From: a virus
Taxonomy: Duplodnaviria; Caudoviricetes
IMG/VR virus record: IMGVR_UViG_3300028591_000072
Span: 224,001 to 288,000 of that record
Reading direction: 5' to 3' (one strand)
Length of the DNA stretch: 64,000 bases
Numbering within the stretch: the stretch's first letter is position 1; each line of letters begins with the position of its first letter. The notes under the pieces are model-generated. The model was not told the DNA's origin. It worked only from the letters and a program-made list of their open reading frames with translations, and made no database searches. Both the position numbers and the translations under genes were made by a program. This document shows positions 53,791 to 64,000 of the stretch, piece by piece.

Positions 53791-54939
53791 ATGTCACAGG
53801 TATTTTTAAGACGAGGTGATTTTTATTCACAAACCGAAGGTAATTTTGAGGTAATGCCAACACTTGATGATGGTATTTACCAAATACACCAAAACCCAAT
53901 GACTGGCGAAATTTTCCTTGAGAGAATTGCCGATAAGTTTTATTTTGGGTTTAAACTTTACGGCATTGATGAAACATTTGTTACTCATGTATTGGATACA
54001 TATAGTAAACAAGCATCAAAGCATAATTTGGGCGTTCTTTTGAATGGGGCAAAAGGAACAGGAAAAACTGTTACGGCAAAAATGCTTTGTAACAAACTTG
54101 GTTTGCCGGTACTGATTGTTGACAAGCCGCTTCAAGGCCTTTCAAACTTTTTAGCAGGAATTAATCACGATTGCGTGTTTTTGTTTGACGAGTTTGAAAA
54201 GAATTTTAGATTGACAGATGACGATGGCGAAGATAGGGCTGGCGAATCTTTGCTTTCAATTATGGACGGTGTATATAATGGTGAAAATTGCCATATTTTC
54301 ATTATGACAACAAATGAACTTAGGGTTAATGATAATTTGCTTAGTAGACCCTCACGTATTAGATATTTGAAGTCATTTGGCGATGTCATTGATAGGAAGA
54401 TTCTTGAAGAGTACGTTGATGACAATCTTAAATATCCACAATACAGGGATGAGATTATGGATTTCTTTGACACATTAACAATTGGAACCATTGACATTTT
54501 GCAAAGCCTTGTTGATGAAGTTAATCTTCATAATTGTGGGGTTTCTGAGTTCAAGGATTTCTTTAATGTTAAAGAAGCCCATTATAGTTACTCTTGCAAG
54601 TATTGGAACATTGATTTGACCGAAAAGGACAATCCAACGCTTGAAGAGTTCATTAAACACGCTAAGGCCCCTTATAGTAAGGAACTTGATTGGAGGCCAA
54701 ATTGGACAACTCTTAAACTTAAAAAGAGCATTAAGAGATATAAGGTTGGCGAATTCATCAATGAACGCTATAAGATTGAAGAAATGCACCTTGATAAGAG
54801 CGTAATCGTTCTTGTTGACACAAGATATAAAAATAATAAGCAATTTTATTATTTTGAGGATGTTGACGAAAAGCCAAGCATCTACGACACAAATTATAGA
54901 TACACCTACGGATATGGTGGATACTATGATTATGATTAA
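53791..54939 (+). CDS. AAA+ ATPase
   Basis: GAKGTGKT, LFDEFEK, TTN..SRPSRI. Confidence 0.9.
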   Translation: MSQVFLRRGDFYSQTEGNFEVMPTLDDGIYQIHQNPMTGEIFLERIADKFYFGFKLYGIDETFVTHVLDTYSKQASKHNLGVLLNGAKGTGKTVTAKMLCNKLGLPVLIVDKPLQGLSNFLAGINHDCVFLFDEFEKNFRLTDDDGEDRAGESLLSIMDGVYNGENCHIFIMTTNELRVNDNLLSRPSRIRYLKSFGDVIDRKILEEYVDDNLKYPQYRDEIMDFFDTLTIGTIDILQSLVDEVNLHNCGVSEFKDFFNVKEAHYSYSCKYWNIDLTEKDNPTLEEFIKHAKAPYSKELDWRPNWTTLKLKKSIKRYKVGEFINERYKIEEMHLDKSVIVLVDTRYKNNKQFYYFEDVDEKPSIYDTNYRYTYGYGGYYDYD

Positions 54940-54983
54940 TAATAACTAATAAAAATTTAAAAAAACTTAAAAATTAAAAAAGT

Positions 54984-56105
54984 ATGAAGAGAATTTTTTA
55001 TTTTTTGATGGCTGCATTTATGATTATGAATGTTGCAGCAAATGCACAAACAATTAAAAATGATGGTGTGTTTTCACACATGTACATTGGACTTAACTGT
55101 GGCGCAAACCAAAAAACCGTTTCAGATTACTCAAATTGGAATAACGGATTTAAAGAAGGTCTTAAGTCGCTTACTTATAATGCCGGTATTGAACTTGGAA
55201 AGGATGTTACTCCAATTACAGGGTTTTCATTGCAAGGTGTTGTTTCACCCATCTATCACAATGTGACTAATGGTTCTGGTGAGTGGAAAATGAATCGTTC
55301 AGACGTTTTCGGAAATATAAAGTTCAATCTAATGAACTTATTTGGCGGATACAAAGGCTATCCGAGACGTGTTGAAATTAGAACAGTTACCGGTATCGGT
55401 TGGAATCATGATTTTGAAATCCCAAAAAATGACTTAGCTTTACAAGCAGGACTTGAATTTGATTTTAACCTTGGAAAGAACCGTTCATGGTACATCACTT
55501 TCACCCCAATGGTGCAAGCGAATGAAATTCTTAAAGGTGAAGAGATTCAATATTTATGGACAGGTGGGCCAAATAAAGACAAAGCAGCTGACTTGAAAGC
55601 CAATATTGGTGTTGCATATCGTTTTGGCCGTGGAAACAAATCACATAATTTCACTATTTGCCCTTATACCTATACGGATGAACAATACGCTGAACTTTAT
55701 AACATGTATGATGAGTGCATGAATAGACCAACAGAAACAACTACGGATACGATTATCGTAGAAAAGATTGTTGAAACGGTTGTCGAAAAGGTGATTGAAA
55801 AGCCGGCAAATACATTTATTGATTTTGAAATTGGGACATCAAAATTAAATCCAACGGCGCAAAGAACAATTGATTTCTTTGTTGGTCAGGCTGAAAACTT
55901 TAAAGACGAAAAGATTAAGGTTATCGGTTCAGCAGATAGTAAAACAGGAACAAAGAAATTGAATGAAAGACTTGCTAATGAACGTGCAAATGTAGTAGCT
56001 TCTGAATTGGTAAAGGAAGGATTCAAGAACGTTGTTACTGAAGTTGTAATTGACGTTGATGAAGTTGCTGAATCAAGCAGATGCGCAATCATTGTTATGG
56101 AATGA
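54984..56105 (+). CDS. OmpA-family outer membrane protein (Bacteroidota type)
   Basis: Signal peptide, beta-barrel strands, GSADSKTG..N.RLA..RA..V peptidoglycan-binding motif. Confidence 0.85.
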   Translation: MKRIFYFLMAAFMIMNVAANAQTIKNDGVFSHMYIGLNCGANQKTVSDYSNWNNGFKEGLKSLTYNAGIELGKDVTPITGFSLQGVVSPIYHNVTNGSGEWKMNRSDVFGNIKFNLMNLFGGYKGYPRRVEIRTVTGIGWNHDFEIPKNDLALQAGLEFDFNLGKNRSWYITFTPMVQANEILKGEEIQYLWTGGPNKDKAADLKANIGVAYRFGRGNKSHNFTICPYTYTDEQYAELYNMYDECMNRPTETTTDTIIVEKIVETVVEKVIEKPANTFIDFEIGTSKLNPTAQRTIDFFVGQAENFKDEKIKVIGSADSKTGTKKLNERLANERANVVASELVKEGFKNVVTEVVIDVDEVAESSRCAIIVME

Positions 56106-56316
56106 TAATAATGCTTTTTGTAAAATAAAAGGTGGCGAATTATTTACCACCTTTTTTTGTTTGTAATATTCATATTGTTTTAATTGTGTTTCCATACAAG
56201 TTAATTGTCCATTCTTCAGGCTTGCTTATCAATTCCATTTATTGATTTTTTATAAATATATTATTGATTTTTTAAAAAAATATTTGTATTTTTATAGAAA
56301 AGTAAATTTATTTGTT

Positions 56317-56775
56317 ATGAGTTTAGAAGAAATAATTCAAAATGATTTGTTGAATGCAACAAAAGAAAAAGATACGTCTAAAGTAGATGCATTAAGACTT
56401 GTAAAGTCAGAAATAATGAAGGCAAGAACGGCGCCTGGTTTTGACGAAAGCAAATTTAACGATGAAGCCGTAATGAAGATTTTGCAAAAAATGTGTAAGG
56501 AACGTGAAGAATCTTCTGAAATCTATAAATCAAATAACAGAGAAGACTTAGCTGAAAAAGAACTTTCTGAAAAAAAAATAATAAGTAACTATTTACCAAG
56601 ACAAGCTTCCGAAAAGGAAGTTGAAGCGGTTGTTAAAAGCATTATTTGCGAACTTGGTGCAAAATCCATGAAAGACATGGGTAGGGTAATCAAAATTGTC
56701 TCAAATGAACTTGGTAGCCGTTCAGATGGAAAAACCATAAGTGAAATTGTTAAAAATGCATTATCCCAAAAATAA
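56317..56775 (+). CDS. GatB/YqeY domain protein
   Basis: ALRLVKSEI, REES..Y....REDLAEKE..E..II..YLP, MKDMGRV. Confidence 0.9.
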   Translation: MSLEEIIQNDLLNATKEKDTSKVDALRLVKSEIMKARTAPGFDESKFNDEAVMKILQKMCKEREESSEIYKSNNREDLAEKELSEKKIISNYLPRQASEKEVEAVVKSIICELGAKSMKDMGRVIKIVSNELGSRSDGKTISEIVKNALSQK

Positions 56776-56829
56776 TGAGTTGTGCCTATTTTTTTTATTT
56801 AGGTACTACTTATAATAAAAATATTATTA

Positions 56830-57855
56830 ATGGGTAATACGGCAAAAAAAACTTCAGAAATTTTTATTAATCAGGCAAAACAAATTCATGGTGATAAATA
56901 TGATTATTCAAAAGTTGAGTATGTAAACCAAAAAACTAAGGTGTGTATTATATGTCCTAAGCACGGTGAATTTTGGCAAACACCTAAGTCACACTTAATG
57001 GGTCATGGGTGTAGACTTTGTGGAAATGATAAGTGTAGTACTGTAAACAAGGGAATAAAAAAACCGTATTTTAAACGCATAAAATATAATAATGATACCT
57101 TTAAAATTGAGGCAAAAAAAATCCATGGTGATAAATATGATTATTCAAAAGTTGAGTATGTAAATAATCGTACTCCAATTTGTATAATTTGCCCTAAGCA
57201 CGGTGAATTTTGGCAGAGGCCATACGACCATATAGATGGTAAATCAGGCTGTCCAAAATGTGCAAATGAAAAACGACATGATTTTTTTGTTGAAAAAAAA
57301 GACAATTTTATAAAAAAATCAACCTTGCTGTTTTTAGGCAGATATTCTTATAATAAAGTTACTTATTACAATAATTCAACCAAAGTAATAATAACATGTC
57401 CAACTCATGGCGATTTTTTATGTACACCTCAGAATCATTTAAAAGGAAGAGGGTGCCCAATATGTAAGGTAGAATTGTATGTGTATGAAAATAGATTGTA
57501 TATACTTCTTTTGACACTGTTTAAAGAAGATGAAATAAAAAGACAATATAAAGACACATGGCTTACAAATAACAAATCACTTGATTTTTTTATACCAAAA
57601 TATATGATAGCTGTAGAACATCAAGGTGAACAACATGCAAATCCTGTTGCAATATTTGGTGGAATAGAAAAATTCAACAGAACAAGAGAACTAGATATTG
57701 AAAAATATAATGAATGTAAACAGAATAATGTTAATTTGCTTTATTTTTCATATCAACCAAATGTTCATTTTGATGGATTTATTGACAAAGTATTTTTAGA
57801 TGAAAACAGTTTTATTAATAAAATAAAAGAAATAATAAATAATTTTAATAAATAA
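56830..57855 (+). CDS. Putative homing endonuclease (three HGxKYDYS..CPxHG zinc repeats plus PD-(D/E)xK/Vsr-like domain)
   Basis: Repeats; LDFFIP...AVEHQGEQH. Confidence 0.8.
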   Translation: MGNTAKKTSEIFINQAKQIHGDKYDYSKVEYVNQKTKVCIICPKHGEFWQTPKSHLMGHGCRLCGNDKCSTVNKGIKKPYFKRIKYNNDTFKIEAKKIHGDKYDYSKVEYVNNRTPICIICPKHGEFWQRPYDHIDGKSGCPKCANEKRHDFFVEKKDNFIKKSTLLFLGRYSYNKVTYYNNSTKVIITCPTHGDFLCTPQNHLKGRGCPICKVELYVYENRLYILLLTLFKEDEIKRQYKDTWLTNNKSLDFFIPKYMIAVEHQGEQHANPVAIFGGIEKFNRTRELDIEKYNECKQNNVNLLYFSYQPNVHFDGFIDKVFLDENSFINKIKEIINNFNK

Positions 57856-57861
57856 TCAATT

Positions 57862-59754
57862 ATGAGTAAAATAATAGGAATAGACCTCGGCTCTTGTTTA
57901 AGTGAGGTTGCAATAATGGAAGGAAATCAGCCAACTATTATTGTGAATGATGAAGGACACAGAACAACTCCATCCGTAATTTCTTTTTCAAAGGATGGCG
58001 AAAGAAAAGTTGGAGATGCCGCTAAAAGACAATCCGTTACTAACCCAAAAGGAACGGTTGTACTTATTAAGCGTTTTATGGGTAACACTTATGATGAAGT
58101 TAAAGAGGCAATTAAACATGTTCAATACGATGTTGTAAATTCAAATGGACAGCCAAGAATTAAAATTAATGACAAAGAATACACGCCTGAAGAGTTGTCT
58201 GCAATGATTCTTACAAAGATGAAGACAACGGCTGAAAACTATCTTGGTGAAAAGGTAACAGATGCTGTTATTACCGTTCCCGCTTATTTTAACGATGCGC
58301 AAAGAGAGGCAACGAAGAAAGCCGGTGAAATTGCGGGTCTTAATGTAAGAAGAATTGTTGCAGAACCGACAGCTGCTATTTTGGCATCAAACATTGACAT
58401 GAACAAGGGAGGTAAATACATGGTTGTTGACTATGGTGGTTCAACCCTTGACTTTTCAATTGCCGACATTTCAGATGGGGTTGTTGAAATAAAGGCTTCA
58501 AACGGCGATGTATATTGTGGTGGTAGTGACCTTGATAAGATTGTTTCTGATTATGTTGTTTCAGAATTCAAAAAGACCGATGGTGTTGATTTGCACAAAG
58601 ACCCAATGGCAATGCAAAGAATTCTTGAAGCCGTTGAAAAAGCAAAGATTGAACTTTCAAATTCAACATCAACTGAAATAAATTTGCCATATATAACAGC
58701 TGTTGACAACAATCCAAAGCATCTTATTGTTACTCTTACAAAGGCAAAATTCGAATCATTGATTGACAATGAAATCCAAAAAGTAATTAATTTAGGAAAA
58801 GATGCTCTTGTAAAGGCGAATATGCAATCAAGTGAATTGGAAGGCATTCTTCTTGTCGGTGGTTCAACAAGAATTCCAAAAGTACAGGAAGAACTTACTA
58901 AAGCGTTTAATCGCCCATTGATTAAGAATGTAAATGTTGATGAAGTAGTTGCACTTGGTGCTGCTGTACAAGGGTCAATTATTAGTGGAGAAAAAACAGA
59001 TGTTTTGCTACTAGATGTTACTCCATTATCTCTTGGTATTGATACAATGGGAGGAGTTATGGCAAAAATCATTGAAGCAAATACAACAATTCCTTGTAAA
59101 AGAAGTCAGATTTTCACAACGGCAGAAAATAATCAGCCGGCAGTGACTATTGTCGTTGCACAAGGTAATAGGCCAATGACAAAGGATAACAAGATGATTG
59201 GCATGTTTACTCTTGATGGAATTACGCCTGCGCCAAGAGGCGTTCCGCAAATTGAGGTTACGTTTGATATAGATACAAATGGAATCCTTTCAGTTTCTGC
59301 TCTTGATAAGGCAACCAATAAAGAACAGCACATCACAATTGAAAATTCTTCTTCACTTTCAGACGAAGATATTGAAAGAATGAAGAAAGAGGCTGAAGAG
59401 CATGCTGAAGAAGATAAAAAAGAAATGGAAAGGGCTAATAAGATTAACGAGGCTGAAAGTTTTGCATTTATGATTGAAAAGTCGTTGGATGAAGTAAATG
59501 TTGAATCTTTAACTGACGATAAAAAGGAAGAGATTAAAACGGCAATTGGAAATCTGAGAGATGAAATCAAAAATGGTGATTTGGAAAAAATTGAAGAAAA
59601 GAAGAAGGAAGTTGAAAACCTTTGGAATCCAATAGCAGAAGAATTGTACAAATCATCTTCAAATAATGAAAACGGACAAGGACAAAATTTTGAAGGCGGA
59701 AATCCATTTAGTGGGTTTACGGGAGATTTTACAAGCAATCCATTTGCTAAGTAA
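57862..59754 (+). CDS. dnaK: Hsp70 chaperone DnaK
   Basis: [49 protein letters not shown]. Confidence 0.97.
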   Translation: MSKIIGIDLGSCLSEVAIMEGNQPTIIVNDEGHRTTPSVISFSKDGERKVGDAAKRQSVTNPKGTVVLIKRFMGNTYDEVKEAIKHVQYDVVNSNGQPRIKINDKEYTPEELSAMILTKMKTTAENYLGEKVTDAVITVPAYFNDAQREATKKAGEIAGLNVRRIVAEPTAAILASNIDMNKGGKYMVVDYGGSTLDFSIADISDGVVEIKASNGDVYCGGSDLDKIVSDYVVSEFKKTDGVDLHKDPMAMQRILEAVEKAKIELSNSTSTEINLPYITAVDNNPKHLIVTLTKAKFESLIDNEIQKVINLGKDALVKANMQSSELEGILLVGGSTRIPKVQEELTKAFNRPLIKNVNVDEVVALGAAVQGSIISGEKTDVLLLDVTPLSLGIDTMGGVMAKIIEANTTIPCKRSQIFTTAENNQPAVTIVVAQGNRPMTKDNKMIGMFTLDGITPAPRGVPQIEVTFDIDTNGILSVSALDKATNKEQHITIENSSSLSDEDIERMKKEAEEHAEEDKKEMERANKINEAESFAFMIEKSLDEVNVESLTDDKKEEIKTAIGNLRDEIKNGDLEKIEEKKKEVENLWNPIAEELYKSSSNNENGQGQNFEGGNPFSGFTGDFTSNPFAK

Positions 59755-59839
59755 AAATCAATAGTTTTTTTAGATAAAAGGCAGCACAAAGTGTTGCCTT
59801 TTATTTTAGGAATTAATACTATTTATATAAAAACGATTT

Positions 59840-61372
59840 ATGCAAAAAAAGACATCAGAAGATTTTATAAAGAAGGCTATAGAAATCCATGGTAACAAAT
59901 ACGATTATTCGAAAGTGGAATATAAAGGAAATAAGACAAAAGTATGTATAATATGCCCTGAGCATGGAGAATTTTGGCAAACGCCTTCAAATCATTATAA
60001 AAACGAATGCCCTTATTGTGCCGGGCATAAAATGGATACTGAAAATTTTATAAAAAAAGCAAGCATAATTCATAAGAATAAATATGATTATTCTAAGACT
60101 GTTTATGTTAAAGATAAAGTAAAAGTATGCATAATTTGTCCCGAACATGGTGAATTTTATCAAGACCCAAATTCGCATCTGAATGGATGTGGATGCCCTG
60201 AGTGCTTTGGAGTTAAAAAATTAACAAAAGACGATTTTATAACTAGGGCAAAAAAAATCCATGGTAACAAATACGATTATTCGAAAGTAAATTATAATTC
60301 TTTTAACAAAAATGTAATTATAACATGTCCTAAACATGGTGATTTTTTACAAAAGCCTTCAAACCATCTTGATGGATGCGGGTGTCAAAAATGCGCAAAT
60401 GAATCACGTGCAAGAATTAAGTCTGATTCATTTGAAAATTATATAAAAAAGGCGAAACAAACACATGGCGAAAAATATGACTATTCAAAAGTAGTATATA
60501 AAAATGCAAAATCCAATGCGGAAAATGAAATTTTTGACTATATAAAAAGTATTATTAACTTAAAAATAATAAGAAATGCAAGAAACATAATACCACCTCA
60601 AGAAATTGATTTATATATTCCTGAATTAAAATTTGGAATAGAATATAATGGGTTATTATGGCATTCAGATAAATTTAAACATGAAAGCAAATATCATTAC
60701 AATAAAATGATAGAATGCCAAAAAAGAGGAATAAACCTAATACAAATTTTTGAGGATGAATATGTTAACAATAAAGAAATAGTTTTAAGCAAAATAAGGC
60801 ACTTGCTATTAAAAGACAATGGCTCAAAAATATATGCAAGAAAAACAAAAATTAAAGAAATTACATATAAAGAATCTTCTGTTTTTTTGGAAAAAAACCA
60901 TATACAAGGAAAATGTTCTTCGACTGTATATCTTGGCTGTTTTTACAATGAATGCTTAATTGGAGTGATGCTTTTTAAAAGAATAAAAGAAAAATATTGG
61001 CGTTTAGAAAGGTATGCGTCAGATATAGAACATATTTGCATTGGTGTCGCAGGCAAACTATTGAATCATTTTCTAAAAAATTATGAAGTTGAAACAATAG
61101 ACACATTTGCAGATAGAAGATGGACATTTAATGAAATTGACAATTTATATGTAAAATTAGGATTTAAATTTAATGGGTATGTTAAACCTGACTATTCATA
61201 TTATATTCCACAAAAAGGGTTATTTCGTATTCATAAATTTAATTTAAGGAAAAAGCAAATGAATGCAAAATATGGCTTTCCTTCTTCAATGACAGAGGAA
61301 GAAATGCGAAAAAAAATAGGAGCCTATAAAATATGGAATTGTGGGCTAATAAAGTATACGTTTAATTTGTAA
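59840..61372 (+). CDS. Putative homing endonuclease (zinc repeats, nuclease and GNAT-like C-terminal region)
   Basis: HGNKYDYS repeats; EIDLYIP..IEYNGLLWH; IQIFEDE; ADRRW; IWNCG. Confidence 0.8.
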   Translation: MQKKTSEDFIKKAIEIHGNKYDYSKVEYKGNKTKVCIICPEHGEFWQTPSNHYKNECPYCAGHKMDTENFIKKASIIHKNKYDYSKTVYVKDKVKVCIICPEHGEFYQDPNSHLNGCGCPECFGVKKLTKDDFITRAKKIHGNKYDYSKVNYNSFNKNVIITCPKHGDFLQKPSNHLDGCGCQKCANESRARIKSDSFENYIKKAKQTHGEKYDYSKVVYKNAKSNAENEIFDYIKSIINLKIIRNARNIIPPQEIDLYIPELKFGIEYNGLLWHSDKFKHESKYHYNKMIECQKRGINLIQIFEDEYVNNKEIVLSKIRHLLLKDNGSKIYARKTKIKEITYKESSVFLEKNHIQGKCSSTVYLGCFYNECLIGVMLFKRIKEKYWRLERYASDIEHICIGVAGKLLNHFLKNYEVETIDTFADRRWTFNEIDNLYVKLGFKFNGYVKPDYSYYIPQKGLFRIHKFNLRKKQMNAKYGFPSSMTEEEMRKKIGAYKIWNCGLIKYTFNL

Positions 61373-61433
61373 TTAAAAAGTCAGCCATATGGTTGGCTTT
61401 TTTGTTTTTGTCTATTTATACTAAAACAAAGCA

Positions 61434-62099
61434 ATGAACACTTTCAGATTTTTTACAGAAAAAAAAATACGTATAATTTGTTCCATAATTACTATTTTGA
61501 TTTTTATGGCGATTGGGTTTTATCTTGGAAGAAAAACCGTTAATATAGAAAGCCCGCATACAGAAGTCATATATGTAAAAGGCGAAACAATAGTAGATTC
61601 AATACCATATCCAGTTCCATATGAAATAATTAAACCAGTGGATACGGCAGATATAATAAGACAATGTGTAAAAGACGGAATATATTCAGAATTGTTCCCC
61701 GAAAGGATAATAACAGAACACATTGAAATAATGAAAGAAGACACATCTGAAATAATTCTGGATTGGGGAACGAGAAGGTTATATTCTGAACAAATTTTTG
61801 ACATTGATACAGTTGGGAAATGCACTATTAATGCAAGCGTTCAATATAACAGGCTAACATTGCTTTCATACAATTATGTTCCAATAACGAAAACGACAAC
61901 AATTATAGAATCACGAGTTAAGTTATTTAGTCCATATATTGGAGTTGGATTTTTATTTGATAAAGATATTTCAGATTATATTCTGACAGCAAATGCAGGG
62001 TTTTTCATAAAAGAAAAATATGGAATTAATTTTCAATATGGAAACGTTCCCAAAACTAAAAATAATTTATATGGAATATCATTTTTATATAAGTTTTAA
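61434..62099 (+). CDS. Membrane-anchored protein, possibly lysis/spanin-like
   Basis: N-terminal TM; C-terminal beta strands ending YKF. Confidence 0.45.
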   Translation: MNTFRFFTEKKIRIICSIITILIFMAIGFYLGRKTVNIESPHTEVIYVKGETIVDSIPYPVPYEIIKPVDTADIIRQCVKDGIYSELFPERIITEHIEIMKEDTSEIILDWGTRRLYSEQIFDIDTVGKCTINASVQYNRLTLLSYNYVPITKTTTIIESRVKLFSPYIGVGFLFDKDISDYILTANAGFFIKEKYGINFQYGNVPKTKNNLYGISFLYKF

Positions 62100-62134
62100 T
62101 GCCATTTGACCTATTTATATAAAAAAATAGTGTT

Positions 62135-62449
62135 ATGTCCAAAAATAATGTAAAAAATGCTAAAAAGCCATTAGAAAAATTTAAGTCAAAAATAAATGAA
62201 CTTGATGCCAATGGAAGAAAATGGATTGGATATGATGGCCTTTTGAACATGGAAACATTTGCTTTAATAACAATGTTTTTTATGATTTTTTTTAATGCAT
62301 ATTTATCAGCTGGATTCAGCTTGATAATCGCACTTATAAAATGTTATACTGACAAAAAGAAAGGGCATTTAAACGAGAAGCATGATATAATGTGTGCAGG
62401 AATTGGAATAGTTTTTGGATGCATAATTGGTCTTGCTCTTGCAATTTAA
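62135..62449 (+). CDS. Small membrane protein
   Basis: Three hydrophobic segments. Confidence 0.55.
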   Translation: MSKNNVKNAKKPLEKFKSKINELDANGRKWIGYDGLLNMETFALITMFFMIFFNAYLSAGFSLIIALIKCYTDKKKGHLNEKHDIMCAGIGIVFGCIIGLALAI

Positions 62450-62471
62450 TTACTTTTAAAAAACAAATTAA

Positions 62472-64000
62472 ATGGAAGAAAATAGAAATGTTGGAATTCA
62501 GGGTCCAATGGGGCCTCAAGGCCCGTCAGGAAGAAATGGATGTGATGGAATCAATGGTGCACAAGGCTCAATGGGATATCAAGGTCCTAAAGGTGAAAAA
62601 GGTAGTCAAGGCCTTGTTGGAAATATAGGAAAACAGGGATATCAAGGATACCAAGGGAAAATTGGTTTTCAGGGGCCAATAGGCGTTGGTGAGCAAGGAT
62701 ATCAAGGTGTACAAGGAAAAACTGGTACACAAGGTTATCAAGGTTATCAAGGGCCAATTGGAAAAGGAGAACAGGGATATCAAGGAAATCAGGGCCTACA
62801 GGGATATCAGGGTAGACAAGGAAGAATTGGAGATTATGGCCCTATAGGACCACAAGGCTATCAGGGTTACCAAGGGACAACTGGCCAACAGGGTAACCAA
62901 GGTAATCAAGGTAGGCAAGGCAGACAAGGATATCAAGGTCCGATAGGCCCACAGGGTAACCAAGGATGGCAGGGCTATCATGGATGGCAAGGCTATCAAG
63001 GGCTAAATGGTCCACAGGGTAACCAAGGTAATCAAGGTAGGCAAGGCAGACAAGGATATCAAGGCCAGATAGGCCCACAGGGTAACCAAGGATGGCAGGG
63101 TTATCAAGGATACCAAGGAAAAACAGGTCCACAAGGAAGACAGGGTTATCAAGGTGCAATCGGAAAAGGAGAACAAGGATATCAAGGTTACCAAGGGACT
63201 ATAGGTATGCAAGGATTACAAGGACCAATTGGCTTACGTGGATATCAAGGAAGACAAGGATATAAAGGAGATGAAGGAAGTCAGGGATATCAAGGATACC
63301 AAGGAGTTATAGGTGCGCAAGGATTACAAGGTCGCCAAGGAACCATGGGTATGCAAGGATATCAAGGAGAAATTGGTTACCAAGGGCCTGAAGGAAATGT
63401 TGGATATCAGGGATATCAAGGCATTGAAGGAAAACAGGGTAGACAAGGACAAATTGGTTATCAAGGTCCCGAAGGAAGAGGTGAACAAGGTTATCAAGGT
63501 CCTGAAGGAAAACAGGGTAGACAAGGAAGAATAGGCTACCAAGGTCCCGAAGGAAGTCAGGGGCCAAAGGGTGATAGTGGAAACACTGGTCCAACAGGTA
63601 ATATGGGGCCAACAGGGCCAACCGGAGCAGATGGGGCGACAGGGCCTGAAGGGGCAACAGGACCAATTGGACCAACTGGAAGTCAAGGTCCTCTAGGACC
63701 ACAGGGCCCTGTAGGATATCAAGGACCGGCAAGCGATATAACAGGGCCTCAAGGATATCAAGGCCCAATAGGATATCAAGGGCCTATTGGATATCAAGGG
63801 CCTGCAAGTGATGTTCCGGGCCCACAAGGATATCAAGGGCCAATAGGATATCAAGGACCGGCAAGTGATATAACTGGTCCTCAAGGTTATCAAGGCCCTA
63901 TTGGATACCAAGGGTCAAGAGGATATCAAGGGCCTGCAAGTGATATAACAGGCCCACAAGGATATCAAGGTCCAATAGGATATCAAGGACCACGTGGACT
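62472..64000 (+). CDS. Long collagen-like protein, 3'-partial, not in the ORF track
   Basis: ATG at 62472 gives MEENRNVGIQGPMGPQGPSG..., then Gly-X-Y (GYQG-rich) with no stop seen to the window end. Confidence 0.85.
   Translation, partial: MEENRNVGIQGPMGPQGPSGRNGCDGINGAQGSMGYQGPKGEKGSQGLVGNIGKQGYQGYQGKIGFQGPIGVGEQGYQGVQGKTGTQGYQGYQGPIGKGEQGYQGNQGLQGYQGRQGRIGDYGPIGPQGYQGYQGTTGQQGNQGNQGRQGRQGYQGPIGPQGNQGWQGYHGWQGYQGLNGPQGNQGNQGRQGRQGYQGQIGPQGNQGWQGYQGYQGKTGPQGRQGYQGAIGKGEQGYQGYQGTIGMQGLQGPIGLRGYQGRQGYKGDEGSQGYQGYQGVIGAQGLQGRQGTMGMQGYQGEIGYQGPEGNVGYQGYQGIEGKQGRQGQIGYQGPEGRGEQGYQGPEGKQGRQGRIGYQGPEGSQGPKGDSGNTGPTGNMGPTGPTGADGATGPEGATGPIGPTGSQGPLGPQGPVGYQGPASDITGPQGYQGPIGYQGPIGYQGPASDVPGPQGYQGPIGYQGPASDITGPQGYQGPIGYQGSRGYQGPASDITGPQGYQGPIGYQGPRG

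Noticed and set aside
1-64000. Stop-codon reassignment (TAG to Gln) as in Lak and some crAss phages
   Set aside because: Long genes are intact under code 11, the few TAG stops fall at plausible protein ends, and I found no CTA-anticodon tRNA in this window.

Overview
AT-rich segment of a very large (jumbo/mega) tailed phage, most likely infecting a Bacteroidota host. Support for the host: TTTG..TAnnTTTG promoters, a Bacteroidota-style tmRNA, and OmpA and PID-CTERM-like proteins. Genetic code 11 fits. Layout: 1-17 kb virion/tail proteins, including a ~2,740-aa CotH-like/BspA-LRR protein; 17-26 kb minus-strand block (holin-like, putative internal head proteins, sigma factor, Rad50/SbcC); 26-36 kb resolvase, collagen fibre, primase, Mre11, ClpP and a ThyX-HNH fusion; 37-48.3 kb a dense RNA-gene island; 48-64 kb accessory enzymes, OmpA, YqeY, DnaK between two endonuclease genes, and a collagen-like ORF running off the end. 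The RNA island is the most unusual part. Besides about 25 ordinary or near-ordinary tRNAs it holds: (1) seven copies of a 'stem + T(A/T)ACAGCAA' module that is inserted into tRNAs, closes circularly permuted tRNAs, or carries isolated Lys/Glu/Tyr anticodon arms; (2) three anticodon-loop mini-introns with a shared architecture, two containing nested tRNA-like domains; (3) two exon-less group I-ribozyme-like RNAs with tRNA-like inserts; (4) a permuted two-piece tmRNA; (5) orphan IS200/IS605-end/omegaRNA-like elements and several unassigned structured RNAs. All RNA structures were folded by eye, and protein calls are motif-based without database searches.
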